From: Octopus bimaculoides
Taxonomy: Eukaryota
Assembly: GCF_001194135.2 (NCBI RefSeq)
Contig: NC_068981.1
Coordinates: 153,119,120-153,183,119 of the forward strand
Reading direction: 5' to 3'
Length of the DNA stretch: 64,000 nucleotides
Part shown: one piece after another, positions 26,041-40,835 of the stretch
Position numbering within the stretch: position 1 is the first letter of the stretch
How the letters are laid out: the number at the start of each line of letters is the position of its first letter
The notes under the pieces: generated by a model
Seen by the model: the letters and a program-made list of their open reading frames with translations, nothing else
Databases searched by the model: none
What the model was told of the DNA's origin: nothing
Position numbers and translations under genes: made by a program

Positions 26041-26170
26041 CACCGAAGGAACCCAAGGTGCCAGATGTGGGTGTTAAACTGAGTGACAATGATGGGGTTT
26101 GAACGCACCGAAGGAACCCAAGGTGCCAGATGTGGGTGTTAAACTGAGTGACAATGATGGGGTTTGAACG
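26041..26170. repeat. Perfect 65 bp x2 tandem duplication
   Basis: caccgaaggaacccaaggtgccagatgtgggtgttaaactgagtgacaatgatggggtttgaacg at 26041-26105 and 26106-26170. Confidence 0.95.
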
Positions 26171-28135
26171 CATAATGTAAAGAGTCGGAAAAAACAACGC
26201 ATCCCGTCCGACATTTTAACGTTTCTGTCATTTCACTGCTCTAGACTTTATTTATTGATCCATGAAGCTTGAAAACAGAGGTCGGCAATGCAACCAAGCA
26301 GAAATAGCAACAGTACCACAAAAGAAAGCAGAACCAATTAATAAAAGAATGTAAGCAGCAGGTTCCAGCCGCTGTTCTTTATCACTCACAGTCAATAATT
26401 TTATTATACGAAAAACAATCAGATAACAGGATTGACAAAAAGGAAATAAAATATTGAAATTTAAAATACTAAACGTTTTTGCCTGCCCACTTTTTGAAGT
26501 TGCAGAATCACAGCTTTTCATATACACTTTATAAACTGGCAGCAATGAGAAGTCACAAGATTACTAATTTATGTTTAACTAGCATCCATTTGACAAACAT
26601 GTGGCTAAATACTTACATTGTGAACGATTCATTTTTCTGTCCACAAATAGTTACTGTATTGTAAAAATTTCTCTTATCTGCTAAACTAAATTTAATGTTG
26701 ATTCGAACTCCCTTGAACCTTCTGTATATCATTATATTATAATGTTGTTATAATTCCTTTATATAGATATACAGAATAAAAAGAAAAAAAGGTTATCTTT
26801 TATATAGACTTGAACTAGCATCAGTTACATTTTACTGCAGAGATCCACCGAGAGAAATTACTACATTCTCATATCTGAAGTTGACTTTTTGGGATCACGT
26901 CAGTCTAATGCTAAAAAAAAAAAATTAACTATGGCTTTGTTTACGTTCTCCACTAAGCAATAAATAAATGAAGCTACGAGCAGCTATACCATCCATTTTA
27001 ATTAGCATATATGATATTGAGCCTCGATTTGGACAAGGAAATAATACACAGAAATAATTTACACAGAATAGGTAGATGTTTCAAATATACACACTGTTGT
27101 GTGTTTGACTGGAGCTTGATTAGTTATTTTTCTAATTTTACGGACTTCTTTGATTATTTATGGAGCATTAGAGCCAGTCCAGTGTACAAAATGATACACC
27201 GCAACCACATTCAGCTGATCTCAGCTTCTTAGAGGTATTTTTAGTTGTTTGTTTTCCAAACTAGACTTCTGTACGAAATATCGCACAAACTTTGCCGAAA
27301 AAATGCAGCAGCCGACTTCAATGGGGGAATGAATCTGCGTGGCACCCTTTAACATGAGACTCATCAAGCAATAGCTGGTGTCTAGCTTTCCTCAGTGATG
27401 TCATTTGCAACCTGACGCTGATGGTAAATTCGATTCAGAGGATTTCCTCTCGTATCTGAATACTGGGCTTTCAGTTTCACCTACTCTTCTTGTGCACTGG
27501 ACAGATTGAGCAAAGTGGTCCTGACTGGTAAGTTGTTTTAATGCCTTTATCTATAGAACTCTGGGCAGCATCATGTACTTTGCGTAGCTGTAACTGCTCT
27601 TTGCACTTAAATTCGCATTGGTGAATTTTCATGCTGCGTTCACACTTGAATGTCTACCATTTTATGTTTCTTTTTGCAATCATCATTGCACCCTGCCCCA
27701 CACTGAGTGAAATGATGGTAGGACCTAACGAAGTGCTTATTCAAACAACCACCTGAGAACATTGGATGCAAGATAATGATTTGACAACATCTCATCAATG
27801 TGTTACAGGTGCAGAAATATGTCGAAACAGTTGTAGTGATTTTAGATTTAAAAAATCTCGTTTATTCCATTTTCTGTCATCTGTCTGTCTGTCTGTTTAT
27901 GTATGTATGTATGTATGTATGTATGTATGTATGTATCTATCTATCTATCTATCTATCTAACTAGCTAGCTATGCTCGTAATGAGTAGATAGACAGCCGAC
28001 AACTGATGAAGGGTCGTTTCTCTGTTTTACTTGTCCTGTTTCCCATTTTTCCTCCAGTTGTCGCGCATTTAACTCGTTTGTTTCCAGATTTCATGTTATT
28101 TACACAGTTGGTGACGTCCTGTACCCATATATGCA

Positions 28136-28215
<80 letters not shown>

Positions 28216-28457
28216 TATATATATATATATATATATGTATATTATATATATATATACATATANNNNNNNNNNNNNNNNNNNNNNNNNNNNNNNNNNNNNN
28301 NNNNNNNNNNNNNNNNNNNNNNNNNNNNNNNNNNNNNNNNNNNNNNNNNNNNNNNNNNNNNNNNNNNNNNNNNNNNNNNNNNNNNNNNNNNNNNNNNNNN
28401 NNNNNNNNNNNNNNNNNNNNNNNNNNNNNNNNNNNNNNNNNNNNNNNNNNNNNNNNN

Positions 28458-28488
<31 letters not shown>

Positions 28489-29437
28489 TAAATCGAAAAT
28501 CCTTGACTAGAAACCGCCGATTACAGAGTGATCTGTTCGTACTAGCTTGTCCTTTATTTCATCTTATACTTATTTTCCTTTTGCTTATTTCTCATCTTCT
28601 TTTATACCCATCTTCTCTCTCGCAAACACTTTTTCATTCTTTATCAGTTTACGATCAATCTCTTACTACCTTTCCTTTTTTTTTTGGAATGGGTCAATAT
28701 ATATTTGTTGTTTTTACAGTTGTTTTGTTGTTCTTATTTTCGTCCCTATTGTTGTTTTACTCCCTCTTCTCTTTTTCCCAATCAACAACGCTCACCGTTG
28801 CAGCTTCGATTATTTTGTTTTTCTTTTTTAAGGACATCCTGATAGAAAAGTGACGAGAATTAGCCGTGCAATTTCCGCTTTTAATTCAAATTCGATTCGA
28901 AAACCTTGATTAGAACACCGCCGATTACAGAGCAATCTCGATTCATTCATACGCCCATCACCTCTTATTTGCTGTTTTTCAACGGGGGTAGACTGACAAA
29001 CTGAGCAAGATTGCGTCCCTTCCAGCAATGCGACTCCATTTATTTTTCCTCTTTCCCTTTGTAAACGAATTGAGCCGCGTGCTGTTGTCGTCTGCTGTTC
29101 GTCCTGTCAATGGAACGAGCCACAATAACAGTGTAGTAAAAATAAATATAAATAATTAAAAACCAAATGATAATAATAATGGAAGAAAGGTTAAATTCGG
29201 CCTCTAGAACACAAAGAAAAACGCGTGGGTGGGGACTGAAATAAAGGGAGAGAAAGAATAAGGACAGGAGAGAGAGAGAGAGAGAGGGGGGAGAGAGGGG
29301 GGGAGAGAGGGGGAGAGAGAGATGTAATGAAAGTTAGAGAGAAAAGAAAGCAAAGAAAGTTACTCCAATATTCATTGAGAGGTGGTAGCAGTGGCGGTGN
29401 NNNNNNNNNNNNNNNNNNNNNNNNNNNNNNNNNNNNG

Positions 29438-30137
29438 TGGTAGTCGTGGTGGTTGTGGTGGTGGTGGTGGTGGTGGTAATTTTTGTTATGGTGTTGGTTA
29501 TGGTGGTGGTGAAGATTGTGGTCGTATTGCAAGTGGAGATGGAGGTGATAATGAAACTGAAGTTATGACTGTAGCAGTGATTGTGATGGAGGCGGTGGTG
29601 ATGATGGTGCGTTATGTTGAAAGTGGTGATGGTGGTGATGAAGCCAACGGAGGTGCTGCATGTTGCTGTGGTGGTAGTGGTGATGGTAATGGTGGTAATG
29701 GTGTAGTTGTCGTCATCGTCGTCGTAGTATAGTACTGATGTTTATTATAGTTATGATGATGATGTCTCTTAAAAGTGGGGTTGCAGTGCTAAAGAAAATT
29801 GAAACGGTGACTGTTGTGGTGATGATGTTGGTGGTGATGGTATTGGTGGTGGTATTGGTGGTGGCCATTGTGGTAGAGATGGTGGTGATGGTGATAGTGG
29901 GAGAGGGTGTTGTAAAGGGAGACGGTGAGGAAAATGTATATAGAGGTAGCCAAAGTTGCAGTGGTAGCGGTGGTGGTGGTGGTGGTGGTGGTAGTGAATA
30001 TGTTGTGGCAGTGGATGGAAGTTGCGATAGGGGAGTACAGAGTCAGAAGACGGTATGGTCACGACGGGGATTGGTTTTGTGAAAACGGAAGAGAAGTACT
30101 GATGGTGGTGATGGTGATTATGATGATGATGATGATG

Positions 30138-30171
<34 letters not shown>

Positions 30172-30184
30172 CGATGATGATGAT

Positions 30185-30216
<32 letters not shown>

Positions 30217-30448
30217 TGACGACGATGACGATGACGACGATGATGATGATGATGATGATGACGACGATAATGATGATGATGACGACGACGACGATGATGA
30301 TGGTGATGATGATGATGATGACGACGATGATGATGATGATGATGATGATGATGGTTATGATGACGATGATGATGATGATGGTTATGATGACGATGATGAT
30401 GATGATGATGATGATGGTTATGATGACGATGACGATGATGATGACGAC

Positions 30449-30491
<43 letters not shown>
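29438..30491. repeat. Low-complexity GGT/GAT region ending in a long (GAT/GAC)n tract
   Basis: Direct reading; source of the poly-M, poly-D and poly-I ORFs. Confidence 0.9.
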
Positions 30492-31571
<1,080 letters not shown>

Positions 31572-31575
31572 TCAA

Positions 31576-33010
31576 ACATTCAGTGATAAGGGAAAGGATC
31601 AGAAGAGAATGTTATCGTAGGGTAAAGGCAATGCCCAAGAGAGAGTCGAATGCAAGAAACAGGATCGAAGCGATCAATACGTTAGCTATACCAGACATGA
31701 CTTACAGTTTCAATATCATAAACTGGTCAATTACTGAAATATGTAATCTTGACAGAAAAATACGAAAATTGTTGATAACACATAGAATGCACCACCCTAC
31801 GACAGATATAGAACGACTTTATCTGCCAAGAAAAGAGGGCGGCCGTTGACACCTACCTGAAAAACACTGATGTTAAAACTTGTCTCAAAGCACGAAAACA
31901 AGAAAGCATCATACTCAGCAACAAAACAGGCAAAGGAATATCTAAGTGAATTCCAAATACAACAAATTCCAGAATTAGATGTACTGGAAACAAGCACAGA
32001 AAAGGCTAAGCGTATGAAAACCCGTGTTAAAACTGCTGCCTTAGATATTTTTACTGATAAATGGCAAGAAAAACCTCTCAGTGGCAAATACCCAAAGAGA
32101 GCTAATAGTGCCGATGTTGACAAAGCTCTTACCCATCAATGGTTAGTGGTTTCTGGCTTAAAATCAGAAACAGAAGGGTTTATCATAACAGCCCAAGATC
32201 AATGCTTACCTACAAGAAACTACTAGGCAAACATATTAAAGAACGGCAGCTGCCCAACATGTCGTGTATGTCAACAACAATGAAACCATTGATCATGTTG
32301 TATCCATGTGCAGTCTTCTTGCGTCTACAGCGTGTCTCAACAGGTATGATAGAACAGCACAATATATTCACTGAGTAATTTTCAAAAACCTGGAACTGAT
32401 AAAACTGGTGGGAATACAAACCACCTCCAGCGCTTGAAAATGATCTCATCTCACTACTCTGAAACTTTACCATTCAAACTGATAGAAAGATAGATTCGAA
32501 TAGGCCAGACATTATATTGAAAGACTTCATACAAAAATCATGCCTCCTCATCGATATGACTGTCCCAATCAAAATGATTGTATTTGTCAAGACCTACCAA
32601 AAACTGAGCAAATATGAAAAGATCTTGAAATAGAAATTGGCAAAATGTGGAACCTGAAGACTAAAACAATACCTGTTGTCATAGGTGCCCTAGAAATGAT
32701 AGCAAAGGGGGTTGATTGCTACCTAGCTCAGATACCAGGAAACCCCAAAATGGCCGAAATTCAAAAAATAGTGCTCATGGGAACTGCCCATATCCTACGT
32801 AAAATACTGTCTATGTAATCTCAAATTTTAAAACAAACTCATAATTTTCTCATGTTTTCTTAAAAATTCTCTAGAACAATACTATGTACAAAACCAAATA
32901 TCTGACCCCCTAAGCATAACACCAACATGAACTTCTAACTTGTTGTCTCTTGGGGTCTCTGGGTGAGACTTGGAGCCAACTTGTACAAATACAAAGCAAA
33001 AGATAAACAT
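31576..33010 (+). mobile_element. 5'-truncated R4/Dong-clade (RLE) non-LTR retrotransposon
   Basis: RT C-terminus (LDRKIRKLLITHRMHHPTTDIERLYLPRKEGGR), SGLKSETEGFIITAQDQCLPTRNY, CCHC knuckle (CRVCQQ..ETIDHVVSMC), RLE motif (NRPDIILKDFIQKSCLLIDMTVP), C-terminus (IPVVIGAL...QKIVLMGTAHILRKILSM*) at about 32817, then a 3' UTR ending in TAA repeats. Several stops and frameshifts. Confidence 0.92.
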
Positions 33011-33029
33011 ATAATAATAATTATTATTA

Positions 33030-33066
<37 letters not shown>

Positions 33067-33087
33067 CATTATTATTAATTTAATAAT

Positions 33088-33295
33088 AATCTTTTCTGCT
33101 ATAGGTACAAGGCCTGAAATTTAAGGGTTGGCGACTAGTCGATTACATCAACCCCTGTGCTCAACTGGTACTTATTTTATCCACTCCGAAAAGTTGAAGA
33201 GCAAAGTCGACCTCGGCGGAATTTGAACTCAAAACGTATAGACGGAGGAAAGTATTTTGCCCGGCATGCTAACGATTCTGCCAAGCTTGCCGCCT
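33088..33295 (-). mobile_element. SINE family A
   Basis: Family consensus, flanked by TAA/TTA and (GAT)n repeats. Confidence 0.9.
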
Positions 33296-33296
33296 A

Positions 33297-33368
<72 letters not shown>

Positions 33369-33599
33369 TTGACTTCAAATTCTGGCATAAAAACAAAAAC
33401 TACTACTACAACTACTACAGTCATAGACTTTCTATAACCAACTTTTGTTTTCAGATATGAAAATAGCAAAATGTTCCGTACAGGACAGGCGTTTCCACGT
33501 ACATCTGAAACTATATATGTATTTCTGCAAACACGCTATGTCTGTTTTGATGTGAATATGTTTATTTAAGCTTATGTATATATGCACAATCATATACAT

Positions 33600-33731
33600 A
33601 AATACATACATACATACATATATATGCTGTATATGCGTGTGTGTGTATGTATGTGTTTGTGTGTGAGTATATATATATTTATGTATATATATATGTGTGT
33701 GTATATATATGCATAAATTCATACGTACACC

Positions 33732-33816
<85 letters not shown>

Positions 33817-34105
33817 ATAATTTTCATTACTCTCATTTAATGTAAGATGCACGTGAGTTGATATGTCAAGTACACGTGAACTATGCAATCCTGAGATATA
33901 CGCGGCTGTATAAACTCGTGCACGTGCTTGTATATATACATGCATTGATATGCGCTAATATAAATTGTATAGGTCTTTAAACACATACACACACGGCAAT
34001 ACGTGTGAATACACATGTATATGTGTGTGTGTGTGTGCGTGCGTGTGTATGTGTGTGTATATATGTATACACTCACACACACAAATATATACTGGCATAC
34101 ATTCG

Positions 34106-34166
<61 letters not shown>

Positions 34167-34272
34167 CACACGCACGCACATACACATTTATATATGCATA
34201 TACACATACACCTGTATATTCACCTACACACAAAAGGGTGGGTTAATATATGTATAGGTGTCAATGAGAAAA

Positions 34273-34305
<33 letters not shown>

Positions 34306-34870
34306 TTCGAACAGACGGTCAGACAGACAAACAAGGATGGAAAGGGAAAAATACATACAGAAGTATCGAATTTGTCAATTGTATAGTTTTTTGTATGTAG
34401 TTGTTTTGTTTTTTACACGGATGTATGCGCGCGCGTGGTTATGTATATTAAGCGCATGCGCACGTGTGTTTAGTTACATGCAGACTAATACATATATATT
34501 TACAGAGTTATTACTATATTTAAATATATGTGCAAATGTATATGTCAGTACAATAATTTGAATGAGCAATGGAAGGAGACGTACACATATATAAATTAAT
34601 ACGTGAACACAATCGTAGGGACATATATATGTATGCATGCATGTATGTATGAATGTAAGTAAGTATGTATACATTTATGTATGTGTGTGTGTGTGTATGT
34701 ATGTGTATCTGTGCGTGTGTTTGTGTATGCGTATGTATGTGTGTGTGTGCGTGTGCGTATACATACAAATATGAATTAATGTGCACACAATCGTTAGAAT
34801 ATATGTGTATGCATATATGTATGTATGCATGTATGTAGGTATATTCGTATGTGTGTGTGTGTGTGTGTGT

Positions 34871-34914
<44 letters not shown>

Positions 34915-35100
34915 GAATATGCGCGCACACACATACATATGAACATATATTTACATATTGGAAATCAATATAGACGAAACGTGCATAGCGTAAGCGTACA
35001 TCATTGCAGCTATACATATACCCATACATACATACATACATACATTTATATAAACGCATACGTTTACAATGTTGATTATGTAAACAATTTTGGGGAAGTC
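33600..35100. repeat. Mosaic of TA/TG/CA/TATG microsatellites
   Basis: Direct reading. Confidence 0.85.
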
Positions 35101-36059
35101 AATACATACACACAGTAGCACAAAGAAAGTTATATACACACACGCTTGCATAGTGTACGAACGTGTGTATAGATTGATGCATACGAGTACTTTGAAGCAT
35201 GGAAGTCATTTCATAGCCGCCTTGTTTAAATTTAAATGTCTAAATATGACGTGTTTTCCTATTTTTTCCTTCTTCTTTTCTTTCTTTCTTCTCTTTTCGT
35301 CGTCGTCCTCCTCCTCTACCTTTTCCTCCATAGAACTCTCCCTCCAACTTCCTGTGGTCTTCAATTAACTTCCTCACAACAGACAAGTGATTACATCATA
35401 GCACCTCCGAGTAAATATATATTACACGTTCTACAATGGAATATGTCGGGTAGCTAGGTGCACAGCTGATATACTTGTATACTAAAAGCCGCTCTGCAAA
35501 CCAGTTTTTCCTCCTATTCGAAGATATTTCTAAGAGAACTTTTGTTTTTCTTTAACGTGTAGATCCCCATCCTCCAGTACCAATAAACACAAATATAACC
35601 ACGCATACACACACTCCAAAAGACGTTAACTATACACAAATGCGCACATTTCATTCATACACAAACATTTAACGAAGTTAATTGTTGTTCTCAAATAAAG
35701 GTCTGCAATTTATCCTACTCCTACACCTTTTTCTCATCCTGCTTTATCACATCATCATCATCATCATCATCATCCTCATCCTCCTTATCCTCGTCCTCCT
35801 TCTCATCATCCCCCCCCTCATTATCAGCGTCATCATCATCGTTGTCGTCGTCAATCGAGAAAAACAAATGCATTGCAGTATTTGTTCTTATTTTTATTTT
35901 CCGAGTTCAAATCGTACCGATGTTAAACCTGGCTTTCATCCTTTCCATGAAATACAAGCAGTAACATAAAGAAGTACCAGTGAAGAATTGGAATTGCTGA
36001 GATCGAGTAATACCACACCACCCCCGCCCCACATTTCTGGTCTTGTGCCTACGTGTGAA

Positions 36060-36850
36060 ACAAGACGGAGCTGCAGTCCTGGGTCAAGAAAAGACTAAAA
36101 TTGACAGCCTGGTACCTGGAATATTATCAGATACTCACTGCCCTCTGCCGGTCGATGAGAGTTCGACAATAGCAATACATAATGATTTAGTAGTAGGTAA
36201 GAAGCGCTGTAGAGAATGAACTACCCGGTCTCTTTCAGAGGACTTTGGAACCGGGAACTGCTTAACTTCTAGAAATTTTGAACTGAAAATGCTACCGAAG
36301 TTTAGTACCACTTCGAGATAAACTGTAAAGGTATGGAGATGTTACCTGGCACAACTGTCCGAGATGCACGCAAAACGACGCAACTGTACTGCATGCACAC
36401 TTGCAATATCCGAACGTCGTTGAATTGTGGAGTTATGTCGACCAACTGTTGTTGCCTGTAGGACGAATCTGACTATTAGCTAACTCAATCGTGATATTCT
36501 ACTCACCACTCCCTTTAACAAAGCGGGACAGGATGTGTTCTTTTATCTAAAGTCTATGATGCAAGACGTTATGGGCGAACGCGACAGAATTAAAGGCAGA
36601 CACCTTTCCCTTCGATCAAGCCCTCGTCAACATTTTCAAGCTCCGCATGAAAAAGAAAGTGAAAGTAGAGAGCGAACTAATCAAAAGATAGGTGATTAGC
36701 AAAAAATGATTAATGTGAATGGAGCTACTCTAAGCATGCGCTTGAATATTGGAGAACAGCAGCTGGGCCAAGATTTGTGCCCATGGTGATCGGAGTGATC
36801 ATGGATCTGTAAGGTGCCTTGATTGGCCTTATTTGGATTTTCCCTGTATC
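36060..36850 (+). mobile_element. L1-Tx1 LINE ORF2 3' fragment 1
   Basis: LVPLRDKL*RYG..NCPRCTQNDATVLHA..YPNVVELWSYVDQLL (zf-RVT-like), followed by a QALVN.FKL.MKKKVKVERE-like C-terminus. Confidence 0.8.
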
Positions 36851-37199
36851 AGAAAGGCTACAATCATCCAAATATACCTTTTTTCTCATTTCTTTCTCTC
36901 TTCCCTTTCTTCTCATCATTTGAACTAAGTGTGTGTTCAAATATCACAGAGGCCAACATCGCATTCCATCATGCCAGGGTTAATAATGAAGTACCAGTTA
37001 AGTGTTAATGCTGATTTAATCTACTATACGCTCCTACCACTAATCTGTGACCCAGAGCCAATGTCAAAACTCATTATCATTTGCAGTGTTATGTCAAACA
37101 CAAACAAAAGTTGGATCTTTCACATGTGGTATGTTGCCAGACGCTCACTACACTCTATCAGCTAGACAATACGGTCAGTTGAAAGTTAATCATCACATT

Positions 37200-37950
37200 A
37201 TTAGAAAAGATGTCATAACGATGGTTTCAGAGCAATTCTGGATCGAAGTAAGTCTGAGAAATTTATTTGGAGGATTTTCAGGTCGGATTTTATGAACAAT
37301 TTTCAAAAGCCCTTGACCTAGCAGTGCTTGTTTGGAATAAATTCTATAAATATGTATTTATTGAAGACGCCAACAACGGAACCTGTCCGAGATGCGGGCA
37401 GGGAAACGAAGCTATTCAGTTAGCACTTGTTCGGTGTCTATGCAATACTGATTTGGGGTTTGAGGTCGAACAGCTGCCATTGTGAAGGTCGTCCGATTAC
37501 CTTCCTTTCTCAAGGAAGAGTGAACAGTCTGATGGCTATTGGCATAAAGTTGTACAAGGAATGCAAGTGAAAGGTTGTCCTCTGAGATCAAATCCTCATC
37601 AACTTCGCATACCACTTGAAGATGAAGATGATGTAGCGAAGCAAACTTCCTTCCAGTAAATTTTCTGAAAGGTGGGCGAAATCAAGGACGTTGCTCAAGA
37701 TCGCGTCCACTGGTACGAAAGAGTCGGGACCCTATGCTCCTTACGGAGAAATGTGGACTAACAAAACTAACTGGGCGAGAATGGTGAAATTGGTGTTGCC
37801 ACATAGACCTTCACACATACAGCTGTAGACTGGCGGCAAGCATTTGTGGGTCCTCCCATTAATGTGTCAAACTAAGCTGGGGTTTTGTATATCCGAATAT
37901 CCGAATTGGTTGTTTCTATTTTGGAGAGATTTTATTAGTTTCTTGCTTTT
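37200..37950 (+). mobile_element. L1-Tx1 LINE ORF2 3' fragment 2
   Basis: GTCPRCGQGNEAIQLALVRC..DLGFEVEQL in ORF 37267-37485. Confidence 0.7.
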
Positions 37951-38199
37951 TATTGCTTTGTTGCTTAATAGTGTTTCTTTATTATTTCTCTAAATTGTTA
38001 TTGTTAGATTCCTTTTTGTACCGTATCAGTTTTTGTATTTCGCACTTGTAAAAGCATCAGTGTCTCTGAGCCCTTATTATTATTATTTTGGTTTGGCTCA
38101 GGTTCGGTCTTATTCTTGGTAGGAATTATGTGGATAGTGGGTTACTACCTGTAACTGTAGGTATCCACGAAGCTTTTAGCATTATCATTATTGTTGAGT

Positions 38200-38715
38200 G
38201 AGAGAGCAGTGCATGCCATCAAAGTGACACTGGGGTAAAATATGCGAAGCCCAGTATACCCATCATGACTACCCGTCTGATAAGGGCACACTACGCAAAT
38301 GCAACACAACCATATGTGCGTGATATGGTGTTCTCATATCAAGATAAACAGTCCATGACCTCGCAGGTGGGGCCCAGTTAGAATTTTTTTCAGGTCGAGT
38401 AGCCCATCCCGCTCAAAAGGTCCCTGAATAACGGTTGCCTAATGATGTTTTACGAAACACCCATGTTTCCAGAGGTGAATTATCCAAACTCCAAAGAATT
38501 CCTCTCAGCACATGGCTATGATGCTCCCCCACTACTTCTGCTTGTGATCAGAGACGCACATATCATCAACCACCAAGGGTCACGCTCAAATGGTTAAGGT
38601 CAAACAACTGACAAGCAAATTTGTGGTATTGAGCAGAATATTTGCTGTAGCCCATCAAAACAAAACATGTACATAGTAACACTTCCAATCAGTTAAGATC
38701 AGAAGCCATGAGAGC
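38200..38715 (+). repeat. Dispersed repeat family D (unclassified)
   Basis: Segment 38480-38650 recurs reverse-complemented at about 48860-49020 ('aatattctgctcaatatcacagatttgcttgtcagttg...catagccatgtgttgagagagattctttgggg'). Confidence 0.8.
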
Positions 38716-38719
38716 CAAA

Positions 38720-38772
<53 letters not shown>

Positions 38773-39019
38773 GGTCAACGTAATTGACATAAATCCACTC
38801 CTAAAAATTCGCAACCTGATGCCAATATCAGAAACGGATATTATTATCATTATCATATTTGTTATGTGGTTTTGTTAATTTCATATGACTTTTTTCATTC
38901 AGTGTATCTCTGTGCATAGGAAGTGTGTGCAGTATTACCTTGCAGGAAAGATACGTTGCAGAATTTCTCTTAATGGTTTTTGTGGTGTTTTAATCTTGCT
39001 CTTGAAAGCTTTTATTTCA

Positions 39020-40620
39020 TGGGAAAATTCTTTTATTCTTTTAATGGTTTCAGTAGCCTTAATTTATTTCCTATCAGTTTTGTTGCCGCTTTATGTCCGG
39101 AAGTTGATCTATGATTGAGTTTGTAACAGCTGATATTCCCTGAGTGTATCCCTGAAAGGTTGGCTGGTCCGGTATCATCGCTAGGAGTTTATCCAATGTT
39201 TTTTTTTTTTATGTTTCAGTAAAGGTTTGATTTTTATATTTCTGATTTCTTTAGGTATCAAACTGAAAAATTGAGGGACTCAAAATATCAGACTAGTTCA
39301 ATAGAGTGTTTTTGCTTGTAATTTCGAAGGTGGTATATTTGGAAGCTAACACTGTCTACCAATTCGTGCATTAAAATTTTCTCAAGGGTTGAAGTTTGGA
39401 TACGTATATCTCTCTCTAAGATAAATATGTACTTAGTTGCTTTACCGAACTGAAAATAGCAATTGTAGAATATGCTTTGTGCCTTGAAGAGAATCTTTTG
39501 AATTGTGTGCCGTGTTCTAATAACTAGTTCGGTCTTTATGTCATTATTCGCATACTTTTTAATGATATTCAGCACACCAGTTATTATTGGTACTAGTTTC
39601 TTTTTTATCTCAGATCACATACCTTAAATCTATTTCGAGTTTTTGTACTTTTATAGTTTTTCGAATTTCCTGCCGGAGATGCTAGCAGGAAAAAAGCGAG
39701 ATGGCTATCAGAGCGCATAAGTTTTCGTATAACCTTTGAAGATATTTGGGTTGTATGATTTACAACTTGTCATGAGTATTGACAATCATGTCGAAGCTAT
39801 GTTAGTGAAACATGTCGTGTTTGGTTTTCACTTACACCACATAAACTCAATAAGTCATTTAACGGTGTATCTCGAAGCGAATGCGACTATAAACAATAGT
39901 TTGTAATATACTAGATTAAAAACCAAGTCTTGGATTGACAAGCATATTCTAAATGTAAACAATTTCTGTTTTAAAAAAAGTGACTATATATTACTCAATT
40001 GATACAACCACGTATCCGGTTTTGTGTTTATATATTTTCTATTTACAGGGAATGGACAACCGGAAATGTGTTGGATGATTGTTTATATATGTTGATTGCA
40101 ACCGGAAATGAGGTGATTGAGTATTTATATATGTTGATTACCTCCACTATGCTGGTTATGGTAGTCGAGATTTATTATTTTAGTTTGATGTATGCTATAT
40201 GTGAAGCATTGATCTTCTGCAGCTAAATTGCTTTTAGTCCAGAGCTCGTGAGCCATTGTTAGTTTTCATATAGGGCTATTGTCTCTCTGCTTCAAGTCTT
40301 GCCGGATATTGAGCAAGGAGACTACTTTTCTCTGTTTTGTTACATATTTTTTGAGTTCAGCATTGAACTTATCTTTTGTTTTTGTTTCCTACTTTTTCTT
40401 TAGATTTGCAATTAAACCTTTTCTATCAAAGTAATTAGTTTCTCCTTTACAACTTATTATTTCCTTATAAAGACAGACAAAACGTTTTGTTTGTTTTATT
40501 TCGTATTGTTTTATTATACAGTGTACCTTAGCTTGCTTCTAAGTATTGTTGTAGAGACACTTTATCATTTAGTTATAAGACCCATTCCCCACTGTTATCC
40601 TGGTAACTACAACCTATCTA
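39020..40620 (-). mobile_element. CR1-clade LINE relic including its 3' end
   Basis: Minus peptides VPQFFSLIPKEIRNI and TLDKLLAMIPDQPTFQGYTQGISAVTNSIIDQ (CR1 C-terminus), with decayed RT motifs upstream. Ends in 'actgaaaccattaaaagaataaaagaa'. Confidence 0.7.
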
Positions 40621-40674
40621 TACATCAGCTTAAATACTTTGAGTTCAGAGTGCAGTTAATAGTCATCTAGTTTT

Positions 40675-40835
40675 TCTGTCCTCGTAACTTAGTGGTTCGG
40701 CAAAATAGATGGATGGAATAACAAGGCTTAAAAAAAAAAAATTACTGAGGTCGATTCATTTGACTAAACATTCTTCGAGGCGATGCCCTAGCATGGCCGT
40801 AGTTTAATGACTGAAACAAGTAAAAAAAAAAAAAG
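40675..40835 (+). mobile_element. SINE family B, 3' half
   Basis: 'gtaacttagtggttcggcaaaa...gcatggccgtagtttaatgactgaaacaagtaaaa'. Confidence 0.8.

Noticed and set aside
26252-26545. 97 aa minus ORF with a hydrophobic, TM-like stretch
   Set aside because: Hydrophobicity follows from T-rich composition; no recognisable family or coherent splice sites.
27000-27720. Possible decayed transposase or tyrosine-recombinase peptides (CTRRVGET; SIDKGIKTTY)
   Set aside because: Matches are too short and mutually inconsistent to call without a profile search.
28000-28030. CTGATGA at 28003-28009
   Set aside because: No stem II or GAAA downstream.
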